A DNA stretch of 63,654 nucleotides, the filler included, from Conidiobolus incongruus B7586 (lineage: Eukaryota): NCBI GenBank assembly GCA_000697335.1. It is 8 parts of 8 records of this genome, joined end to end, with 100 filler letters (N's around TTAATTAATTAA, not from the genome) between each part and the next. Parts side by side here need not be neighbours in the genome. Positions count along the whole stretch, not along the records: positions 49,484 to 59,089 come from JNEM01006480.1; positions 59,190 to 61,225 come from JNEM01006484.1; positions 61,326 to 63,654 come from JNEM01006507.1; 5 more parts are not named here. One strand, written 5' to 3'. This document shows, piece by piece, positions 55,186 through 63,654 of the stretch. Positions within the stretch are counted from its first letter, which is position 1, and every line of letters begins with the position of its first letter. The notes under the pieces are model-generated. The model saw nothing but the letters and a program-made list of their open reading frames with translations, did no database searches and was not told the origin of the DNA. Position numbers and translations under genes: made by a program.

Positions 55186-55733
55186 TATTTAGTGCTTAAA
55201 TAGTATTAATTTAACTATTTTCATATTAAATTACCTTTCAATATATTATTTATTATAAATTATTAAATATCATTATTGGGTAAATTCTTATTATCATGAT
55301 ATTTTGTTTTGAATAAGATATAGAAAAATCTTTCAAAGATTAAGAAAGGACCCAATATACCAAAATATACAAGTCACAAAAATTTAACTATTGAATGCAT
55401 ATAAAATTTTTTTAATTTTAATTTTGAAAATTTAATGATTTTGAAAAATTATAATAAATGAATATTAATATTATTATCGTTTAAAATATATTCAGATCAA
55501 CAATTTTTTTTCAATTTGAAAACAATGAAATATTTAACATATATTATTATAATTTTAATAAATTTTGATGATATTTAAGCAATATTATATGAATTAAAAT
55601 ATCTAACTAAAAAAAGCATGTAAGTGAAAATTATGTTATAATATCAATTCTTAAGATATAACATCAAAGCTTAAAAAAGATATCTATTATCGATTCAATA
55701 ATTATTAAAAATGAATAATATATTAAATTTGTA

Positions 55734-57072
55734 TTATCGTTGAAATTTGATACTTTGTAAATAATACTGACATTTCCAAATTGAAAAATATTCATAATAA
55801 TTTCTTAATTTTAAAAGTTCATCAGATGATAAAATTCTTGCAATTTCTAGTGTGAAATTCTTGAGTTCAGGAAATCTTACCAATTTAGCTAAATCCACTT
55901 CTAAAGGTTCATTATAACAAAAAGTAAGAGTTTCCATTCCAACCAACTGCAATTCATTTAAAATTGGGAGTAAATCTTTCTTTTCAATTGCCAAATTCAA
56001 ATTCTTCAATTTTGGTAATTGAATCAAAACATCATTCAAATCACTAATACTATCAAATATATAATGCACCTTCAACTCCTCCAAATTTCTACAATTTAAG
56101 CATAATCTTTTAAATAATTTGATAAAATGTGGAGACAATAATTTAAAAGTTATAGATTTCACAGTATCTAATCGTGCAAAGTGTAACCTATCAGCACCCA
56201 TTATTCTAACACTAACGCAGTTAACTTCCAATCGTTGAACTGGAACAGGAGTCTCCAAGATATTGAGATTTTTTACCGGGATGAATAATAAATTTGTATT
56301 GAGCGTGTTTGTATGTGGATTGAGTGACAAGAGCTTGTTGATGGTTTCGATCGTATTGAGGCTGAGATGTTTATAACTGAAATAATCCAAATGAGGTAAA
56401 ATTGGGGTGTTAGGTCGAATGGTACGCTTGTAGTGAAGGTTAGTTTCATATCAAAATTAAGATCTTTGGGATCTTCCATTAGGTTGGATAAGCAACGTCT
56501 ACAATAATCAAATTGTAAATATTTTAAAGTATTGGGTAATATGATATGATTATGAGAACTCCATTGATTTGAAAAAAGTATAATATTGACAGATACCAAA
56601 GACAATGAAATTAACCTACTCAAAATATTCAAAATTTTGACCAAAGTATCGAAAGGAATGGAACTACGCCAAAGCTTTAAAGACTTTAAATGGATGAAAA
56701 TATGAGATAATTCCTTTAAATATAAATGATGAATATTAGATCCAAATTCCATAGATTTTAAATAAGGTATGAAACAGATGAAATTTTGGCGAAATTGATC
56801 AAGAGATTGAGATAAAACTATTGTTTTGGAATCATTCTCTGAATTAAATCAATTTTAAATTTTATAGAAACTGATATACTATATTTACGTTTATTATTAT
56901 TGTTCTCAATATCATAGGATAATTTACCCAATTTCAATTCACAAAATATATAGGGCTTTAATTTAAGTCTTAAAAATTTTGATACTGAAGTAAGAATTAT
57001 CAAGTCGTTATGAGTTAAATAGCGTCGTAGTGGCTCAACACTGAGTATATAATTCCATGTAATACTAGACAT
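55734..57072 (-). pseudogene. F-box/LRR (RNI-like) gene with one apparent frameshift (pseudogene or sequencing error)
   Basis: Three track ORFs form one gene: an F-box-like N-terminus (WNYILSVEPLRRYLTHNDLIILTSVSKFLR) plus LRR-like repeats. A 50-nt GT-AG intron at 56888-56839 joins ORFs 1 and 2 in frame. ORFs 2 and 3 need one extra base at the A4 run 56398-56401. Confidence 0.7.
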
Positions 57073-59189
57073 AATTGATTAATACATAAAGTATTTTTCG
57101 TTGATTATATTGAATTTAATGATGAAATATTTGATATTAAGTTTAATAAATAGAAATTTATTAATATTTGTTGAACGAAATTGAACTTTTCATTATGAGA
57201 CTTGGCAAATATTTAATTATATCAACTTTATAATTCAAAAATTATGGGATACAGTTTATAATCTAAAATTCAATGTATTGTTGTATTGAAATTAGTCATT
57301 ATAGTAATTTTCAGATTTTCTATATTTTAAATTGTTCAGGTATTTATGTAAATCATATATAAGTCATTAATACTCAACATGTTTATATATGCGAAATATG
57401 AGTATATTAAGATAAATAAGGTTATATATTAATATCCTTATACATTTGCTAATTCTATTAAAAATTTGAGTTGACATAAATTTCTAAATATTATTTAAAA
57501 CCCTTGATTTTGAGTTAAATTTGTATAATTGAAGTTAGAATATTACAGAATTTTATTTGGCTAAGGAATATTTCGATGAACACAGCTCGAATAATATTCT
57601 CAATTATTTTGGATCTATTTTCTAATATCTATTATAATGAAACGATTAAATAATGTTTATAAGCCATTTGAAATTTCAACAGTCAAGTTAGAACAATATA
57701 TTTGAAACGATAGTAATATTCTAATAAACAATATATATTCATTCAGAAATATACACTCACTGGAAATGATGAAGAAATAAATTCAAATATTTCAGATAGT
57801 TATTTCTAATTACTTTAACTAAATTAAATGATTTTTATTTAGTTTTATATTACCCCAATCTTCAAAATAATGATAAAAATAAAGTAAAATCAAATTTTTA
57901 TATTTTTATCATTTAATTGATTATTTACACTATAATAACAATATTCCGCATATATTCCAAATTTCATAGCTTGATATTGTTATACTTTATTTCAATATAT
58001 TATAATATTAATATATATTTTATTATATTTTCTTTTAATATTTAAATTATTAATTATGTTTAATTTTATTTCCCAGATAATTTTCATAATAATGGATTTT
58101 ATTGAAATATATATAGAATATGAAAAATTTATATTAAAAATAAAGAATTTTTTATTTTTATTTTCAATATTATATATATTTTTATATAAAATTTTGATAT
58201 AACTTTTATTTAATATCTATATTATATTAATATTTTGGTTGTCTAAGATTTTACCCTATAATAAAATATTTTTATTTTATTTGTTATTATAACTACAAGA
58301 ATATTATATATATAATTTGATATATTTTATGAATATAATTTCGAAGACCTTGTATTTAATTCAAATATAATATGTATTCAAATTGTAATTTAATTTTACC
58401 AATAAAACTTAATTGCAAAATTAGCAAAAATAATTTTTTATAATGCAGGTTTATAATTCATACTAAATTTAAATGATAGAAATAAAAAATTATTTTTAAA
58501 AGTAAAATAACTCTAATTAGTATAATTTTTTTTTCAAATTTATTATTAAATTTAAAAGTTATATTTAAATAAAAAAGATATACTCGAATTACAAGGAAAT
58601 TAATTAATATAAAAAAATTAAAACTGAATATTTATAATAACATTCATGTTTATTTTTGAGTCCAATTGATTTATTAATGATTTTAAAGTCAAAATTATTA
58701 TATAAATTTTAAAAAAATGATTCTAATAATTTGTATTTTATACAAATTAAAAAATATAAAGTTTGTATTACATATTTTTTAATAATTTATAATAGAATTA
58801 TTTAAATCTATAAACATAAATTTATACAATAATTCTTTAATATTATATTTTTTGTATAAATTTGAATTTTTTAATATTTGTAATTAAAAATTAACTATTA
58901 TAGTTTTAATTAAATCATATAATTAAAAAACAAATTAAAAATATAAATCGATTTAAAATAATAATATATTGTAATTTGAATATATTATATTATTATTTTA
59001 TAATATTATAGAATGTTATATTATTAATAAAATAAACATTTAAATATATTAATATTTATATAACCATTAAGCTAATTTATTTTTATAATNNNNNNNNNNN
59101 NNNNNNNNNNNNNNNNNNNNNNNNNNNNNNNNNTTAATTAATTAANNNNNNNNNNNNNNNNNNNNNNNNNNNNNNNNNNNNNNNNNNNN

Positions 59190-61225
59190 TGATTTATTTA
59201 TCTTATAATATTTTTTTAAATTTATTATTTAACTTATTTTAATATATCTTAATATTAATTCTTTTATCAACCTTATTAAAATATATTATACTTAATGATG
59301 ATAAATATATTTAAATTATAATTAACCTATTATTGTATTTTTAAGCTATACTAGCTTGCAAAAGTGAGTCATAAAATTATGATTATATATATTATTATCA
59401 ATAACTCTATTAATTCTTAATTAAATTAATTTAAATTAAAACATATATTAAACTTATATTATTTATTTATAATTAAGTATATTTGATCTAATTATATTAA
59501 ATTTTAGTTGATATATTAAAGTTTAAATTTTACCTAAGGTAAGTTATAAATTTGTGTGTTTTGGTTATAAAAAGAAAATTAAAACTTAGTATATTTATCT
59601 TTTGCTTTCCTAACTTCCTTAAGTTTATAAGGTATAAAGTCAACTAACTTTTTATATTAAGAACAATTAATTTTGTTCTAAGCTTCTTGAATATATTCCT
59701 AAAGCTTATTTAAATTTTTTGCTGGTAGGAAAGCTTTAACTACTTTTTTTAACTAATCCCAAAGATGTTTAATTAAATTAAAATTAAGGGATTGAGGAGG
59801 CTATTTCATTATTATTATTTTATTATTTTTAAACTATTTGGTAGTAGAAATAATAATATAACAAAGGGTATTATTTTATTAGAAAATAACATCTGATTTA
59901 TTTAACCTATACTATTCAATAGATTTTTTTAATTTATTATTTAGAATATTTTAGTATATTTTAATATTAATTCCCTTATTAACTTTATAAAGATACTTTA
60001 CACTAAAAGATAATATATATCTTGAAATTATAATTGACCCACTATTATATTTTTGGGTTGAAATAATATAATAGTTACAAAGTAGTTCTTTGTTTTTTCT
60101 AAAACATTTAGCTTTTTTATTAAATCCATTAAGATATATTTTTGTTTTATTAAACTAAATAACCTTACTCTAATTAGTTTTAGTTTAACTTTAGTGATGA
60201 CATTTAAACTCTTACCTAGCTTTATAATGGGACTTTTTTAGTTAAGGGTGTTTTTTCTTAAAGTGTAAGTGATATCTATTATAATATAAAACATATATAA
60301 TAGTATTAGTACTAACTAATATTCTTATATAGTCTTGTAATTTTTTCTATACTTCTACAGTAGTATTATATTTACTTGTATTAACTAACCTACAAATATA
60401 CCTTTCATCATATTTATCTATAATCCTAACATAATTAAGTTTAGGTTTAAATATATCCTTACCAAAATTTTTAATAACTTTAACTATAATAAACTAGTTA
60501 ACACTAGTAATTCCAACAATCTCATGAGTTGATATACCTTTATTATAGAGTTGATTAATATATAAGTGAATCTTTTTAAAGAGTTATTTAGGTATTTTAA
60601 TACTAATATTATTTAAAATAATAATTTACAATAATAGTATTAGTATAAATATATATAATTTAATAAAAGAAAAAAAGATTTAAGTAATTTTTGTTTTATA
60701 TACTCTTTTAACTCTTAAACCTACAAATTTATGACTCACCCTATTTAAAATTTAAGATTTTATATATTAACCAATAATATATTAAATATAATTAAATATA
60801 ACCTATTATAATCAGGTAATATATCTTAATTATATATTTTAATTTAAATTAATTTAATTAAGAATTGTTTAAGTTATAGGTAAATATATAAGTGATTTTT
60901 ATTTTATGACTCACTTTTGCAGGCTAATGTATAATAACATAATAGATATAAAATAATTTTTTATATTTTTGAAATATTTAACTTTTTTATTAAATATATT
61001 AAAATATAACTTTATTTTATTAAATTAAATAACTTTATTTTAATTAATTTTAATTTAACTTTAATAATATCATTGAAACTTTTATTTAATTTTATAATAA
61101 AGTTTTTTTAATTAAAGGTGATTTCTTTTAAAATATAAGTGATATTTATTCTAAGATATAATATATATAATAATATCAATATTAGTTAATATTTTTAGAT
61201 AATTTTATAACTTTTGTTATATTTT
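59190..61225 (-). mobile_element. Older Tc1 relic split by insertion of copy D (host parts 59190-59348 and 60930-61225)
   Basis: Joined flanks are collinear with about 59893-60350 of copy D. Confidence 0.85.
59349..60929 (-). mobile_element. Full-length Tc1 (DD34E) relic copy D
   Basis: TA|TACTAGCTTGCAAAAGTGAGTCATAAAAT ... ATTTTATGACTCACTTTTGCAGGCTAATG|TA; 1581 bp; dead transposase on the minus strand. Confidence 0.95.
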
Positions 61226-61368
61226 NNNNNNNNNNNNNNNNNNNNNNNNNNNNNNNNNNNNNNNNNNNNTTAATTAATTAANNNNNNNNNNNNNNNNNNN
61301 NNNNNNNNNNNNNNNNNNNNNNNNNTCTAAAAAATTAATTTTAATTATTATTCTTTTAATTATTAATA

Positions 61369-62688
61369 TTACCATACAATTAAAAAAATAGGAAATTGTT
61401 TAATTTCTAATTTTTCAAACATATTATTAGTTTCAAATAAGCAAATAAATATAAAACAAATAGGAAAATAAATAGTTTTGAATTATATATATATATATAT
61501 ATATATATAATAATTTTTTGATTAAAAAATTAATTTTTTAAAATTAGTTGTTTAATTTAATCATGCTTAAACCAAATAATAACCATCAAAAGTCTATTAT
61601 TTTAGTATTAATAAAACTTAACCATAAACCCTTTAAAATCATTTCAAATTTACAAACAGCTTTTGGTAATAAAGTATTATCTAAATCAACAATTTATTAC
61701 TAGGTAAATTACTTTAAGGCTAAAAGAAAAACTACCTAAAACCTGCTAAAATTTAAAAGATTAATTTCAACTATTATTCATTTAATTATTAATAAAGTAA
61801 AAAATTATATTGAAAAGCACCTTTTTATTTCAGTTAGAGAACTATCAAAACAGTTTAATATTAGTTATATAAGTATTATATATATATTAAAGTTTAAATT
61901 AAAATTAATTAGTAAAAATATAAAATTAATACTTTATAATTTAACTAAAGCTTAAAAAAAGTTAGAGTAGTTATTATTAAACAAAACTTATTAAGGTATA
62001 GCTAGAAACTAAAGCTTTTACAATAAATTATTACAATTAATGAATCTTAGATTCTTTTGTATAATCTTTTACTAAAACATAAATTAAGTTGTTAGATTAA
62101 ACTAAATCAACCCCCTCTACAAATTGCTTTAAATAAATATTTTATTAATAAGTGAATATTAATTGTGGTAATAGATTATAATAATATATGCTATTCTTAT
62201 TTAGTTTTTAAAAGAAAATTTATTAATAATAAACTTTATATTTTTTTTAAATAAAATAATTTCTAATTAGTATTCTCAAGATAATTTCAGAAAACTTATT
62301 ATTTTGCATGATAATTGCAAAATACATAAATCTAAAGTTGTAAAAAACTCTCTAATTATGAATAACTAGAGAAAACTACCATATCTAATATATTCTCTAG
62401 ATTATAACCTATGTGATTATAATTGTTTTAAGCAATTAAAAAACTAGTTTACAAGAAAGAAAATTTCTATAGGAAGATTTAATTAGTTTGTGAAACATTA
62501 AATTTTAGATTTCCATAAAAAAAATTATTTTTTAAGTATTAGATTTTTGCTAAAAATATAGCTAAAAGTTATTAGAAATAAAAAAAACTATTAATTTTAT
62601 AATATATATTTATTTTTATTTTTTATATATCAAAATGTTTATTTTTTTTCAATCACAAAAAATTCCTATTATTTAAATTACAAAGTAA
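61369..62688 (+). mobile_element. Full-length mariner (DD34D) relic M3
   Basis: 1320 bp, TA-flanked, degenerate TIRs. Frame from ATG 61563 gives the HTH AFGNKVLSKSTIYY*VNYFK, then IITINES*, ILHDNCKIH and YSLDYNLCDY; D at 62310 and D at 62415 are separated by 34 codons. Confidence 0.93.
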
Positions 62689-62690
62689 TA

Positions 62691-63583
62691 AAATAAAAAA
62701 TTATATTGAAAAACACTCTTTTATTTTAGTTAAAGAATTATTAAAATACTTTAATATTATTCACATAAGTATTTTATATATATTAAAGTTTAAATTAAAA
62801 TTAATTAATAAAAATATAAAATTAATACTTTATAATTTAACTAAAGCTTAAAAAAAGTTAGAGTAGTTATTATTAAACAAAATTTATTATGGTATAACTA
62901 GAAACCAAAATTTTTATAATAAATTATTATAATTAATAAATCTTAAATTTTTTTGTATAATCTTTTATTAAAATATAAATCAAAGTATTAAATTAAGTTA
63001 AATTAACCCCCTCTAAAAATTCTTTTAAATAAATATTTTATTAATAAATAAATGTTAATTATTATAATAAATTATAATAACTTATGTTATTTTAATTTAG
63101 TTTTAAAAAAAATCAATTAAAAATAAACTTTATATTTCTTTTTTTAATAAAACTATTTTTCATTAGTATTTTTAATATAATTTAAAAAAACCAATTATTT
63201 TATATAATAATTATAAAATATATAAATTAAATTTGTAAAAAAATTTCTAGTTAAACATAACTAGAAAAAACTATTATATTTAGTATATTCTTTGGATTAT
63301 AACTTATATAGTTATAATTATTTTAGATAATTAAAAAACTAGCTTATAAGTAAGAAAATTTCTATAAGAAATTTTAATTAGTTTGTGAAATATCAAATTT
63401 TAGTCTTTAATAAAAAGAATTATTTTTTAAGTGTTAGATTTTTATTAAAAGTATAGTAAAAAGTTATTAGAAATAAAAAAAATTATTAATTTTATATTAT
63501 ATATTTATTTTTACTTTATATATATTAAAATGTTTATTTTTTTTCAATCACAAAAAATTCCCATTATTTAAATTATAAAGTAA
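62691..63583 (+). mobile_element. Mariner relic M4 (3' part; its upstream part continues at 61326-61368)
   Basis: Collinear with M3 from about 61795; right TIR AAAAATTCCCATTATTTAAATTATAAAGTAA|TA. Confidence 0.9.
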
Positions 63584-63585
63584 TA

Positions 63586-63654
63586 AAATAAATATAATAG
63601 ATTTTAATTATTTAATTTAAGTTTATTTTATTAAATATTAATCAAGTTATTAGT
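63586..63654 (+). mobile_element. Tc1 (B/C subfamily) right subterminal fragment
   Basis: ATATAATAGATTTTAATTATTTAATTTAAG...ATCAAGTTATTAGT matches about 47384-47445 and 49202-49263. Confidence 0.8.

Noticed and set aside
1..63654. tRNA, rRNA, CRISPR arrays, prokaryotic operons
   Set aside because: None recognisable; the window is intron-containing eukaryotic DNA.

Overview
AT-rich eukaryotic (fungal) scaffold with short 50-60 nt GT-AG introns. The style of the gene families (orphan 7TM receptor, F-box/LRR) and the base composition suggest an early-diverging, Conidiobolus-like fungus; this is an inference only. Genes: an Msn2/Seb1-type C2H2 factor, an orphan GPCR-like protein, a TrhO/TSTD2-type rhodanese, an 8-exon EngB GTPase, a 4-exon tail-anchored coiled-coil gene missing from the ORF track, Nup170/155, a quinone-oxidoreductase pseudogene, an HSL-type esterase, a B-type cyclin, a secreted Ser/Thr-rich protein and a frameshifted F-box/LRR gene. 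The right half is dominated by dead DNA transposons of two families: an IR/DR-type Tc1 (DD34E) and a mariner (DD34D). Seven artificial 100-bp gaps fall in or beside these relics. Main observations: (1) every transposon copy is destroyed by directional C>T/G>A transitions, mostly CpA/TpG>TpA with CpG lost, i.e. a RIP-like genome defence in what appears to be a non-Dikarya fungus; (2) elements are repeatedly nested, in the same orientation, inside older and more mutated copies of their own family at TA sites, at least one of which may itself be mutation-created; (3) a 9-mer ATCCCATAA sits upstream of six genes; (4) an unexplained GC/CpG-rich structured island lies inside the relic field.
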